Positions 27,163 to 36,867 of a stretch of DNA of 51,658 nucleotides are shown here, in pieces. The stretch's first letter is position 1. Every line of letters begins with the position of its first letter. The position numbers and the translations under genes were made by a program. The notes beneath the pieces are model-generated. The model was not told where the DNA came from and ran no database searches. It saw nothing but the letters and a program-made list of their open reading frames with translations. Source of the DNA: a virus (lineage: Duplodnaviria; Heunggongvirae; Uroviricota; Caudoviricetes); IMG/VR virus record IMGVR_UViG_3300035698_009402, positions 1-51,658 of that record; one strand, given 5' to 3'.

Positions 27163-29288
27163 GAGTCTCCCTCACAAAACTTGTTGGCCTCTAAGTTCTC
27201 GCCTTCGCTAGCTTCTACTTCTTCTTGAGTCATAACACTAAAATCTAAAGGTAGTAAGCTATTTTGGTATTCTATTATTTCTTCTCTAGGGGCGTCAGTG
27301 TAGGGAGCTTGTACATAATTATGATCACTTAAAGGTAGTAGACTAATACCTTTTAGTTCTTTATCAAAAGCACTTAAACATCTACTTATTTGAGAAGCTT
27401 CTTCTTTATTAAAAGTTACTGTTATACTTACCTGATTATCGGCCCAATAATATTGCATATCAGCAGCATTTTTAAATTGTTCCCATATACTTACTGAAGT
27501 TTTAGATACTATATTAGTTTCATGCAACATAGGAAAATATACTACTACAGTTTTCTTACTATCAGTAACACTAGGCTCTATTCTATAATTAGCATCTTCT
27601 AATATTTTAACTAGGGGGGATATAGACGCTATCCTAACTAGTCTATAATAACTAGAACTTTCTACATAATGTATTCCAGGTAATGCTCCTGCTACTAAAC
27701 TAACAGTACCGCTTGGTTTAACACTAGTAGATTTAATACTAAGAGGAATACCAAACCATTCACTATATTTTCTATCTACATATTGAATATAGGTATATGC
27801 TTGATCGCAGAATTGTTCAAAATACTTCTTTCTACCAAACTTATGAATGGCTTCTTGAATACCACTTTGTGAGCATCCTATTCTTCTATTTCTAGCGATA
27901 ACTCTATTAGTTTCATGCCAATGAGTTCCCATTAAAGTAACTGCTTTAGCGTATAAATAAGAAAATTTCAAAGTTCTTTGGAAGTCCCAGTAATCATCAT
28001 GAGCAGCAGGGAAGTTTTCTACTAAGCAGCATAATTCGTAACTTTCTAGAGATTGTTCAAGACAAGGATTTCCGCCTTCAACACGATAATCTTTATTATT
28101 AATACCATCTTTCATTCTACCGTAAGCTTTCATGTTATCTAACCAAGCAAATCCAGGTTCCCCGTTTATAGCAATACTTTCAGCAGCTTTATCATAGTTC
28201 ATTCCTACATCGCCAAATAAACTGTTATTAGAAGCCCAACGCCAACCACCTAATTTCCATGACCAAGCATGATCTGCGTACTTAAATTCAATCTCTTGTC
28301 GTCTTTTATACTCGTTATAATCGTTATAATCTTCTTCAGATAATTCTTTTAGCTCTAAAGGAGCTCTATTACCGACAGCTACTGGATGTTTATTCCAATC
28401 TTTCATATTAGAAAATTCAATATCATCAGGACTTCCAAAAGCTATTTCAGCTGTTCTTCTGACATTACCTGCTACTACGATTTTTCCAATAATATTCATT
28501 ATATCAGTAATTTCCACACTAGTTAAAAAATTATCTGCCTGATTAGCTCTATTTTCCAGTATTTCTTTAATACCGTTAAATCCTGCTATTAGAGGTTCTG
28601 GCCCGCTGGCTACGCCTCCAAATCCGTGAATTAAGGCTCCGTAGGGTCTAACATCCCTAGTATCAGGAATTACTGGACAAGCTTCTGGCTCCATGTAGCT
28701 ATCTATTACTCTACATATTAGTTCAACCCAGCCTTCTCTACTATCCTCTACATATACTATCTCGGGTTCTCCCTCAGGAACATATAAATCAATAGTATCT
28801 GCTCCGACAGTATCAAATCCTACTCCTACTCCCAACATACTCATATCCATTAAAAACGAAAAAGGTTTGCTATATTCAGTAGCTATATTCTTAGTTGAAA
28901 CAAACGCACAATTGTTAAGAGCAGCACCCCCTTTATCCCAAACCATATCTGTACCCATTACCCATAGTCCACGACCTGGAGGAGTCCATTTGAACTCAAA
29001 CATACGTTCAGCAGCTTCTTGAGCTAATTTTTCAGCTTTTTTAACATCCCAAGTAATATGTGAATATTCAGCATTAGTTTTTAGAATGGTAAACATACCT
29101 TCTATTACTCGGATAACACAATCACCCCAAGTTTCTAACTTACCATTATCTTTTTTTCTGGAATAAGTCCTGTAAAAAGTAAACTCACTTAATCCTCCAT
29201 AACCCCAAATTACGGGCTTACTTCTTAATTTTTCTTTGAAAGTACTATCTAATTTGTACTTAATTGGAATATATCCAGGTGCTAACAT
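27147..29288 (-). CDS. nrdJ: Class II (adenosylcobalamin-dependent) ribonucleotide reductase, monomeric type
   Basis: RTYSR, TPPGRGLW, NNCAF, GGNPCLEQSL, CCLVE, VKPSGTVS and C-terminal CEGDSC redox pair; no beta subunit in the window. Confidence 0.9.
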   Translation of the reverse strand: MLAPGYIPIKYKLDSTFKEKLRSKPVIWGYGGLSEFTFYRTYSRKKDNGKLETWGDCVIRVIEGMFTILKTNAEYSHITWDVKKAEKLAQEAAERMFEFKWTPPGRGLWVMGTDMVWDKGGAALNNCAFVSTKNIATEYSKPFSFLMDMSMLGVGVGFDTVGADTIDLYVPEGEPEIVYVEDSREGWVELICRVIDSYMEPEACPVIPDTRDVRPYGALIHGFGGVASGPEPLIAGFNGIKEILENRANQADNFLTSVEITDIMNIIGKIVVAGNVRRTAEIAFGSPDDIEFSNMKDWNKHPVAVGNRAPLELKELSEEDYNDYNEYKRRQEIEFKYADHAWSWKLGGWRWASNNSLFGDVGMNYDKAAESIAINGEPGFAWLDNMKAYGRMKDGINNKDYRVEGGNPCLEQSLESYELCCLVENFPAAHDDYWDFQRTLKFSYLYAKAVTLMGTHWHETNRVIARNRRIGCSQSGIQEAIHKFGRKKYFEQFCDQAYTYIQYVDRKYSEWFGIPLSIKSTSVKPSGTVSLVAGALPGIHYVESSSYYRLVRIASISPLVKILEDANYRIEPSVTDSKKTVVVYFPMLHETNIVSKTSVSIWEQFKNAADMQYYWADNQVSITVTFNKEEASQISRCLSAFDKELKGISLLPLSDHNYVQAPYTDAPREEIIEYQNSLLPLDFSVMTQEEVEASEGENLEANKFCEGDSCLLF

Positions 29289-29297
29289 TTATTCTCC

Positions 29298-29686
29298 TTA
29301 TATCTTAACGTCACTATTTATTTGATCTGATTTCGCATTAAAAGTAGTTTTAATTCCCTTTTTTAAATCTACGTTTAAATGATCACATAATAAAACCAAA
29401 TATTGATAGCCATCAGCTAATTCTTTTTCTATTTCTTGTCTAAGGTATTCTTCGGTTTCTTCTTTTCTATTACCTTTTACATTAGTTTGTATTCGTCTAA
29501 GTTTTTTATCTTGTTAGCGGCTTCTCCAAATTCTCCAAACATAGCATTAGAGTAATCAGCAGCGTTCCAAGGTTCTGTAGCTTCGGTTACCCAGTCTTTT
29601 TGTCGATATATAATTTTATTATTTATCAATTCCATTTCATCTATAACGCCTACCATTTTTTTAGGGTTAGTAAAAAATCTTACCAT
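29298..29686 (-). pseudogene. MazG-like NTP pyrophosphohydrolase split by a -1 frameshift (pseudogene, recoded gene or sequencing error)
   Basis: The 0-frame gives ...GEFGEAANKIK, then reads out to a stop at 29477. Shifting -1 at A-AAA-AAC (29507-29501) continues KLRRIQ...EIEKELADGYQYLVLLCDHLNVDL...KI* to 29298, completing the MazG ExxE...ExxD pattern (129 aa) and exactly filling the gap to the nrdJ RBS. Confidence 0.8.
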
Positions 29687-31513
29687 TTATTGTTCCAATC
29701 TGCTTATATTATTTTCTTTTATTATGTTTATTTTTTCCATTAATGGATGTTCAAAGTCATGGCTCACTATAAATACATTAGTATCCATCTCTTCTAATAA
29801 TATATCTACTAATTTAGTTTTTCCGTAACTATCTAAAACTCCAGTAATTTCATCTAAAAATAGTAAATTTATACTTTCTCCATTAATTTCTGCTAGTATT
29901 TTTCTTAAACCTAATAATACACTAAATTGAACTCTACTAAACTCGCCTTTACTTAAACTTTCTATACTACATTCTATACCATTATTAACTATAACGATAT
30001 TTAATTTTTCTTTATCTAATCTAAATAATAGCTGAAACTGTCCGTCACTTAATTCATTTAAATAATTATTAATAGTATCTTCAAAGTTTTTTGTGTAATT
30101 TTCTAACTTGTAGGCAACTATTCCAGAAGCACTAAATGCTTTTTTTGATATATTTAAATGATTTATCGACTGTTGAAGTTTTACTATATCATCATTTAAT
30201 AGTATTTGTCTAGCGTAAAAATTTTGTTTTTGTTGAATTAGCGTTTGTATTTGTATATTTCTATTGTCTACTTTGTTATTGAAATCCTTTATATTGGATA
30301 ACTCTTTTTCATTATCTTCCTGTAAGTCTTTCAAAGATTTTAAATTAGACTCTAATTGTTTATAATCTTCTTGAGTATCCGGCAAAGAGTCGTCAATTAG
30401 ATTAGATAACTCTTCAAATCTCTTTATCTTATTTTGATTTTCCAAAAAACGACTCTGTTTTAATCGTAAATCTACAATTGTTCTTTTATGTGAATCTATA
30501 TCGTTTAATAAAATACCTTCATCATTTGTAAGACAAAGTATTTCGTCTTCTAACTGTTTTTTCATTTTTACGCTATCAGTAACATCTAGATAATGCCCAC
30601 AAGCATAACAAGTATCTTTTAAATCTAAAGATTTAATTTTATTCTTATTATTTTTTATTTTATCAGTAGTTATAGGTAAATTATTTGTTACATCTACCAA
30701 TACCTTTTCATAATATCTTAATTCTTCTTGCTGTTCAAAAATCATATTAACATCAAAGGTTAATTCATTTCGTTCGTTTGAGTAAATATTATTATTACTT
30801 ATTGCTTTATCTTTAATTCTATAATTAGAAATAGTAGCAGATAAATCAATAATTTCTTGGGATAAATCTTCAAAAATAGGTAATTCTCTTTTGTTTGCTT
30901 TTTCAGGTATTACAGTATCTTCTATAAAATCATTAACACTTTTTGCCTCACCTTTTAGTGAAGTTAACTGCTTCTCTTTAGCTAATAGTATTACTTTAAT
31001 ACTTTCTCCAATATCTAAGTATTTTTGTAAATTACATAGTTTTATCAAAAACTTTTTACGGTTAGTATCTGTAGCCTTAAGAAACTCTAGCAAATCTTCA
31101 CTACTTTGATACATTAGTTGAAAAGTTAATTCCATATCTCCAAATATACTGCTTAAAAGTTTGTAAGTATCTGGTATTTTATGTTCAGATATATCTATAC
31201 CATTTTTTTCTAAAGATACTTTACTAGTTTTACCTTTTCTAACTACTACTAAACGATAATCATCTTTATTCTTACTAAAAGTTACCTGTATAGTATAACC
31301 ATCTTTATCAGTATGTCTATTAGGAATTTCATCTTTCTTTAGCTTTTTAATATTTTTACTAGCTAAAGCCTCTTGTAAGATGTACATTAAAGAAGATTTA
31401 CCGCTACCATTAGCTGCGTTTAGTAAATTAACTCTATTTTTAGTAAAATCAATTTCATTATCGTTCCCATAACTGAAACAATTATCAAATTTTAGAGTTT
31501 TTAGTATTATCAT
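29687..31513 (-). CDS. SbcC/Rad50-like recombination ATPase (T5 D13-like)
   Basis: Walker A AANGSGKS, CYAC zinc hook, LSKGE signature, LFLDE Walker B, coiled coils. Confidence 0.92.
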   Translation of the reverse strand: MIILKTLKFDNCFSYGNDNEIDFTKNRVNLLNAANGSGKSSLMYILQEALASKNIKKLKKDEIPNRHTDKDGYTIQVTFSKNKDDYRLVVVRKGKTSKVSLEKNGIDISEHKIPDTYKLLSSIFGDMELTFQLMYQSSEDLLEFLKATDTNRKKFLIKLCNLQKYLDIGESIKVILLAKEKQLTSLKGEAKSVNDFIEDTVIPEKANKRELPIFEDLSQEIIDLSATISNYRIKDKAISNNNIYSNERNELTFDVNMIFEQQEELRYYEKVLVDVTNNLPITTDKIKNNKNKIKSLDLKDTCYACGHYLDVTDSVKMKKQLEDEILCLTNDEGILLNDIDSHKRTIVDLRLKQSRFLENQNKIKRFEELSNLIDDSLPDTQEDYKQLESNLKSLKDLQEDNEKELSNIKDFNNKVDNRNIQIQTLIQQKQNFYARQILLNDDIVKLQQSINHLNISKKAFSASGIVAYKLENYTKNFEDTINNYLNELSDGQFQLLFRLDKEKLNIVIVNNGIECSIESLSKGEFSRVQFSVLLGLRKILAEINGESINLLFLDEITGVLDSYGKTKLVDILLEEMDTNVFIVSHDFEHPLMEKINIIKENNISRLEQ

Positions 31514-31691
31514 ATTCTACCCCACATTTTGGACTACATAAACTTTTATCCAACGTTCTATCAAAAAATCCAGGTCCTTGTACTTTATAAGCTATAAAAT
31601 ACATAGGACCCAAATTATTACTGTCTTCATAGTATTCTAGTTCTACTATTTCTTTACTACAATTAATGCAAGTTAAGGCTTGTAAACTCAT
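31485..31691 (-). CDS. Small Cys-containing hypothetical protein (68 aa)
   Basis: CINC...CSPKC possible Zn-binding motif; overlaps both neighbours. Confidence 0.55.
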   Translation of the reverse strand: MSLQALTCINCSKEIVELEYYEDSNNLGPMYFIAYKVQGPGFFDRTLDKSLCSPKCGVEYDNTKNSKI

Positions 31692-32646
31692 TTACTATTC
31701 CTTTTACATCTAATATTTTATTATGTTCTAAATATATAATAAATTCTTCTACTACATCGTCTTTAGCAGTTGATAAATCTAATGTTACATCTTCTTTAGG
31801 CTTTTCTGCTATTTTTTTATCTATAGTTACAGATAAGTCTCCAATATTTTGTAATTCATTTATATCTCCAGTTATTTCATATATAACATTATTATATAAA
31901 TCTGGTTTAATAGTATCTTTATCTTTTATATCTACTGTTTTTCTTATTAATTTAGGTAATCCTAAATCCACATATTGTATATCGTAATCATCTATACTTC
32001 TAAAATCTACTATGTTAACGCCGTATTTGTTATTGTTATTTCTATCAAAACTAACATTCATAGGGCTACCTGGATAATATGCAGGATAATCTTTATACTT
32101 CATATTCATATGTATATCTCCTAATAGTATCAATTTCCAGTCTCTTAACTTCTCAAAATCAAATTCTGCTGAAATATGAGGAGGTATCTCACCTCTTATA
32201 TGAGTAACTAAAATACTATCTTCAACATATTTAGGAACATTGTTTTTTTGCATATCAGTGTAAGGGAATAGTTGAAAAGTTACTCCATTATGTTCTATAT
32301 CTTTATTATTAACATATATTTCAACGTTTTTATTAATTATACTGTTTTCATTAACATTATAATTATCTAAAAAACTTTCGCCTTTCTTAGTAGCTTCATG
32401 ATTTCCAGGTATAATAATAGTTCGTTTTTTTACTTTATTAGCAAAGTCTTCGAACAAGGTACTTTCGGATAAATTAGGTGCTTTGTCAAACACATCACCG
32501 GCAATAATGTGGATATCAATATCATCTTCTATTTCTAAAAATAAGTCAAACATAGATTTAAAGCGATTTATTTGCCAATCTTTGTTTATTTTCTTATCAT
32601 TACTCTTTATATTTATATGCCAATCTGCCGAGTGTAGTATTTTCAT
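31663..32646 (-). CDS. SbcD/Mre11-like metallophosphoesterase nuclease (T5 D12-like)
   Basis: HSADWH, AGDVFD, PGNHE, GDIH motifs. Confidence 0.92.
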   Translation of the reverse strand: MKILHSADWHINIKSNDKKINKDWQINRFKSMFDLFLEIEDDIDIHIIAGDVFDKAPNLSESTLFEDFANKVKKRTIIIPGNHEATKKGESFLDNYNVNENSIINKNVEIYVNNKDIEHNGVTFQLFPYTDMQKNNVPKYVEDSILVTHIRGEIPPHISAEFDFEKLRDWKLILLGDIHMNMKYKDYPAYYPGSPMNVSFDRNNNNKYGVNIVDFRSIDDYDIQYVDLGLPKLIRKTVDIKDKDTIKPDLYNNVIYEITGDINELQNIGDLSVTIDKKIAEKPKEDVTLDLSTAKDDVVEEFIIYLEHNKILDVKGIVNEFTSLNLH

Positions 32647-33156
32647 TTATTTAATTCCTAAGTATTCTAATATTTCGTCTTCATTTTGTACTACTACATA
32701 AGATACTTTACTAAAAACTAACATACTCTCTATTAAATTATCTAATTCAATAGCTTCTTCTTTAGTCTGACTTCTACCATATGTTTGATATTTTTTTGTC
32801 CTATTTAATAAAAAATTGATATTATCATATTCATTATAACAATCCAAAATTACCTTCTTTAAATTATCACTTGCTCCGTATACTATACCTAGTAGTAAGG
32901 AACTATCGGTAACTAAATAATCTAGTTTTTTATCGTATTGTAGTATTCTTTTAAATCTTCTATTCTGTTTTGCTGTTATATATAGCTGATCTTCAAATAA
33001 CCTGTATCTTTGTTCGTACTCAACTTCTTTAGCGTATTCAGTGATATATTCACATGTAATATCTTTTCTTTTTAATTTAGAAAATAAAGCAGCAGCAGTA
33101 GTACTTTTTCCTGCTCCAGGACCTCCTAAAATGTTAATTACTTTCATAAGCCTCAA
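32647..33156 (-). CDS. P-loop ATPase/kinase (NadR/Ttd14-like AAA_28 type)
   Basis: GGPGAGKST Walker A, EYAKE, VTDSSLL, R.Q..EEA. Confidence 0.75.
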   Translation of the reverse strand: MRLMKVINILGGPGAGKSTTAAALFSKLKRKDITCEYITEYAKEVEYEQRYRLFEDQLYITAKQNRRFKRILQYDKKLDYLVTDSSLLLGIVYGASDNLKKVILDCYNEYDNINFLLNRTKKYQTYGRSQTKEEAIELDNLIESMLVFSKVSYVVVQNEDEILEYLGIK

Positions 33157-33551
33157 TCTCCCTAATATTAAATGGATAATAACCTTCGTAGTTTTTGCAT
33201 AAAGGTATTAACCAATGTAAGTTATACATTAATGGTATATCTAAACTCTCTCGTACACTTACTATTTTTATTTCTTCTTCTTCTTGAGTAGTACATTCAT
33301 ATATTTTATCTGTAAAACAGTTAAATACATGTACACAATAACTATCAGAAGAAAAGTTACCACAGTAACCCCAAATCATCCAATACTATTCCAGTTTCCT
33401 CAGTAAATTCTCTAGTAATAGCATACTCATCTGATTCGTTATGCTCTATTTCACCTTCTACTCCGTTGAAAAAATCTTTCTGTTGATGTTTTTTAATTAA
33501 GAATACATCAGTTTTGTCTAAATTAAAGGCTAATCCTAATGAATACAGCAT
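33134..33551 (-). pseudogene. Nudix hydrolase split by a +1 frameshift
   Basis: ORF 33551-33357 has an intact Nudix box, G-EIEHN-E-SDEYAIT-REFTEETGI. The rest (GYCGNF...VHVF...TTQEEEEI...NLHWLIP) is in ORF 33379-33134. Removing one base in TTTGGGG (33375-33369) gives a single 138-aa protein. Confidence 0.78.
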
Positions 33552-33553
33552 TA

Positions 33554-34450
33554 TTACTTCCTACTTTCAAATATTCTAGCAACATCTCCGTGGAATGTAT
33601 AGCTTCCAACATGATTTAGTTTAGTATTGAGATCCAACCAAACTTGTCCACCCATTTTCTGAAGTAATCTACAGAAATAATAGTCCTCAGACAAATATCT
33701 TCCACTATCTGGATCAATTCCTGTATCAAATAAAGCATAACAATATTTATTAAATTTAGGATCAATATTACTATCATTAATATAGTGAAGTTCTGGGTAT
33801 TCTAACATCATTTTATCCATAACTTCTCGTTTAACTAAGAAAAATCCTGTACTAGCATCTAATAGTTCTACAGCACCATTCTCAAAATTAACTTTACCAG
33901 TTTTTCTATCTAGTAATTTTAGATTAATAGCATAATCTGCTTGATACTTTTCTAAGTCTGTTTCCCCTCGGGCAGCTGCTTCTTTAATAGCGTTCCAATT
34001 AATAGTTTTCTTAGGATATGCTCCTACAGCTAAGTCTTTATCCATAGTTATTAAACGTATTACGCTCTGTGCATCAAATTCAATATCTGCATCAATAAAC
34101 ATTAAATGGGTGCAATCGCTATCTAAAAACATACTATTTAAGATATTTCTAGCTCTAGGAACTAAACTTTCATTTCTTAAGGTAGTAATTCTAAAATTAA
34201 TACCTAATTTACTAAATTCTTGAGATAATCTAAACATACTTAAGAAATACTGATCAGTTATTTGCCCTCCATAGCAAGGGGTTGCAAAAAAGATATTAAC
34301 CTTTCTCAACTCTTCTAGATTTAGGTCTACTTGACCTGTTTCTTTATTTATACTATTAATGTATTTATTCTGGTAAGAGGAATCAGGAGAAGGAGACTGA
34401 GTACTCTCAGCCTCCCCTGATTTCCAATCACCTAATTTAGTGACTGTCAT
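33554..34450 (-). CDS. GT-A fold glycosyltransferase-like protein
   Basis: FFATPCYGG, ESLVPRARN, HLMFIDADI (DxD), STGFFLVKR, YLSEDYYFC, HVG. Confidence 0.7.
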   Translation of the reverse strand: MTVTKLGDWKSGEAESTQSPSPDSSYQNKYINSINKETGQVDLNLEELRKVNIFFATPCYGGQITDQYFLSMFRLSQEFSKLGINFRITTLRNESLVPRARNILNSMFLDSDCTHLMFIDADIEFDAQSVIRLITMDKDLAVGAYPKKTINWNAIKEAAARGETDLEKYQADYAINLKLLDRKTGKVNFENGAVELLDASTGFFLVKREVMDKMMLEYPELHYINDSNIDPKFNKYCYALFDTGIDPDSGRYLSEDYYFCRLLQKMGGQVWLDLNTKLNHVGSYTFHGDVARIFESRK

Positions 34451-34453
34451 ATA

Positions 34454-35125
34454 TTAGATATCCTCTTCAGTTTCATACTTATTTTCATCGCCTGCTTCTC
34501 CAATATAAAATAAGGTATTATCAATTAACCATTTTCTCTGCTCATCATAAGTAGGTCTTTTAATCAACTTATCTAACTCATAAAGAGCTAAGCCTCTTTC
34601 GTGCTCTGATAAAGGTCTTTTTACAGGACGGGGTCTTACGTCGTATTTAACATTTTGAGGTAGAGGTCCAGTCTTGGTTTTCATGATATTTACATCATAA
34701 CCAGACTCTATATCAGCAGGATTACCAAAATCAGGGTCTTTTGCACATTCTATTAAACCATCATAGACAGTTTTCTTAAGATCACATAATTCCATGATTT
34801 CTTCACCATCTGGAAAGTCCTTATTGATAGTATTGCATACATATGCAAACTGAGGCTTAGGTCTCTCACCTCCAAATACTTCATCCTTAAGTTCTTTAAT
34901 AGGGTCCATAGCATTATCTACAAATGCCTGTTTTTCTCTATCAAATCCCAAGCATTCAATAGGGTTTCTTTTGCCTTCTTTAGTAGTAATCCAATATACA
35001 TATCTAGGGCATACTCCTCCTACTAATCGTCTCTGGTTCTTTCCTTCTTTCCATTTAGTTCTTACTATGTCTCTGTTATCACCGCTACTCTTTGGTGCTT
35101 GTGAATCTGTCCATGATACTGTCAT
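34454..35125 (-). CDS. ssDNA-binding/annealing protein, T5 D11-like
   Basis: RLVGGVCPRYVYW, KTGPLPQNVKY, acidic C-terminal tail; T5 synteny between D10 and D12. Confidence 0.7.
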   Translation of the reverse strand: MTVSWTDSQAPKSSGDNRDIVRTKWKEGKNQRRLVGGVCPRYVYWITTKEGKRNPIECLGFDREKQAFVDNAMDPIKELKDEVFGGERPKPQFAYVCNTINKDFPDGEEIMELCDLKKTVYDGLIECAKDPDFGNPADIESGYDVNIMKTKTGPLPQNVKYDVRPRPVKRPLSEHERGLALYELDKLIKRPTYDEQRKWLIDNTLFYIGEAGDENKYETEEDI

Positions 35126-35138
35126 TATATTCTCCTTA

Positions 35139-35573
35139 TCAATAGTTTAAAATTACATCATCGTTTTGTATAGTTATTATACTATTATTTAAATGATTTT
35201 CTTTTATAAACATTTTATCTACTTTGTTAGTTTTATCAGCAATACTTCTATTACTCGCTATAGATAAATATACTACTTTCTCGTAGGTAGTATATTTCTT
35301 AGACCACAAAAAACTTACATCGTTAATATAACTTTGAGGTTCTTTAGTGGTATATTTATTAATAATAGTATTAGGATAATCACCTCTTATTAATAATTTT
35401 CTGTTTAATATATATCTAGGTATGAACGGTATTTTTAATATTTCACACAGTTCTTTACTATTTTTACCTAGTTGCTTATTATATCCTTTATGCAGACCGT
35501 ATGTCAATAACAAAATAGAATTAAAATCATTATCTGCACTTTGTTTCAATTCTCTCCAATTATAATAAATCAT
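35139..35573 (-). CDS. Conserved hypothetical protein (T5-like, between D10 and D11)
   Basis: Co-oriented 144-aa ORF in the syntenic position. Confidence 0.6.
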   Translation of the reverse strand: MIYYNWRELKQSADNDFNSILLLTYGLHKGYNKQLGKNSKELCEILKIPFIPRYILNRKLLIRGDYPNTIINKYTTKEPQSYINDVSFLWSKKYTTYEKVVYLSIASNRSIADKTNKVDKMFIKENHLNNSIITIQNDDVILNY

Positions 35574-36867
35574 TTGTTTCTATGTATCCTTTATTATTAT
35601 AATAACTAACCCTTTTCTTTTGCTGTTTAATCATCAAATTTCCTTTAAGTTGTGTATCTCTAACTAAAGGAAAATTTAGTCTACCGTCGTAATCGTTTTG
35701 TATTCTGCCTATTCTTTGTTCCAATTTACTGGGATTATTACTAGGAGATATTAAGTATAAAGTATCTAATCTAGCGCAAGTTATGGCTTCGTCAAATAAA
35801 GTAGTTGTTAAAATGCCTTTAACATCTTTGCCAACTCTACTGACTATACTATCTCTAGCGGCACTATTAGTAGAACCAGTTACTACCTCCATACCATGTA
35901 TTAGTTCTTTCAGTCTCTGTAAAGCATCTACTCTTTCAAATATAATAAGAGGACATCTATTATTATGTATGTCTCTTACTGCATACTTCCCCACTAACTC
36001 TAAATAGGATTGTTGTTGCCCTAGTGCCGTAATACTTCTAGACCAGTCTTTTTTAACATCTACTATATGCATTTTGTAATCAGTAGGTATTAAACAATAG
36101 TAAGTAGTCATAGGTTTTTCTTTAGCATCATATAAAAAAGGGGTAAAATAGTAAGGCATTAAAACATCCCTACCATCTTTTCTTTTAGGAGTACCGCTTA
36201 TTCCTATACTTATTCTAGCATTTATACCATTTACACATTTAGAATACATATTAGCCCCTACATTATGACATTCATCAATCATAATCATGCCAAAACTATC
36301 ATGTAAGTAAGATAAATTATTAAGAACAGTTTTATATATACCTACAGTTATAGGTTTAATATCTACAGTTCCATCCCCTAATTTACCTGCATCGTAATTT
36401 AAAAATGTTTTTATTTCACGTATCCATTGATTTAAAGACATTATATCCTTAACTAGTATTAAACATGTAGTAGGTGTTTTAGATATTATATTACAAGCTG
36501 CTACAGTTTTACCCCATCTAGGTCTTGCCATTAATATACCAGATCTAGTTATATTATTTTTAGTATTAGTAAAACTATCAACAGCAATTTCTTGAGTCTC
36601 TCGTAATTGTCCTATAAAACTAGGTGTTTCGAATTTAGGATAATTTCGTTTATCCACTATTTCATCCCATTCTAAATCCCACCAGCTATTCTTAGGTAAA
36701 TAGAAATAGTCACAATTATTATACTCTTGCACTATAGTATAGTGTTCGTTTTGCAAGGCCCAACTATACTTTTCATGAACTTGATCTATATCAAAATCTA
36801 TTAAATCTTTTTTATAAATCTTTATCTTATCAGATACTTCTATCTTTTTACAACGTAATTTGCTCAT
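35560..36867 (-). CDS. SF2 DNA helicase (T5 D10/UvsW-like)
   Basis: ARPRWGKT, IDECH, GISGTPKRKDG, EQRIGR motifs. Start taken at MSKLRC (track start 36900). Confidence 0.88.
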   Translation of the reverse strand: MSKLRCKKIEVSDKIKIYKKDLIDFDIDQVHEKYSWALQNEHYTIVQEYNNCDYFYLPKNSWWDLEWDEIVDKRNYPKFETPSFIGQLRETQEIAVDSFTNTKNNITRSGILMARPRWGKTVAACNIISKTPTTCLILVKDIMSLNQWIREIKTFLNYDAGKLGDGTVDIKPITVGIYKTVLNNLSYLHDSFGMIMIDECHNVGANMYSKCVNGINARISIGISGTPKRKDGRDVLMPYYFTPFLYDAKEKPMTTYYCLIPTDYKMHIVDVKKDWSRSITALGQQQSYLELVGKYAVRDIHNNRCPLIIFERVDALQRLKELIHGMEVVTGSTNSAARDSIVSRVGKDVKGILTTTLFDEAITCARLDTLYLISPSNNPSKLEQRIGRIQNDYDGRLNFPLVRDTQLKGNLMIKQQKKRVSYYNNKGYIETNDLL

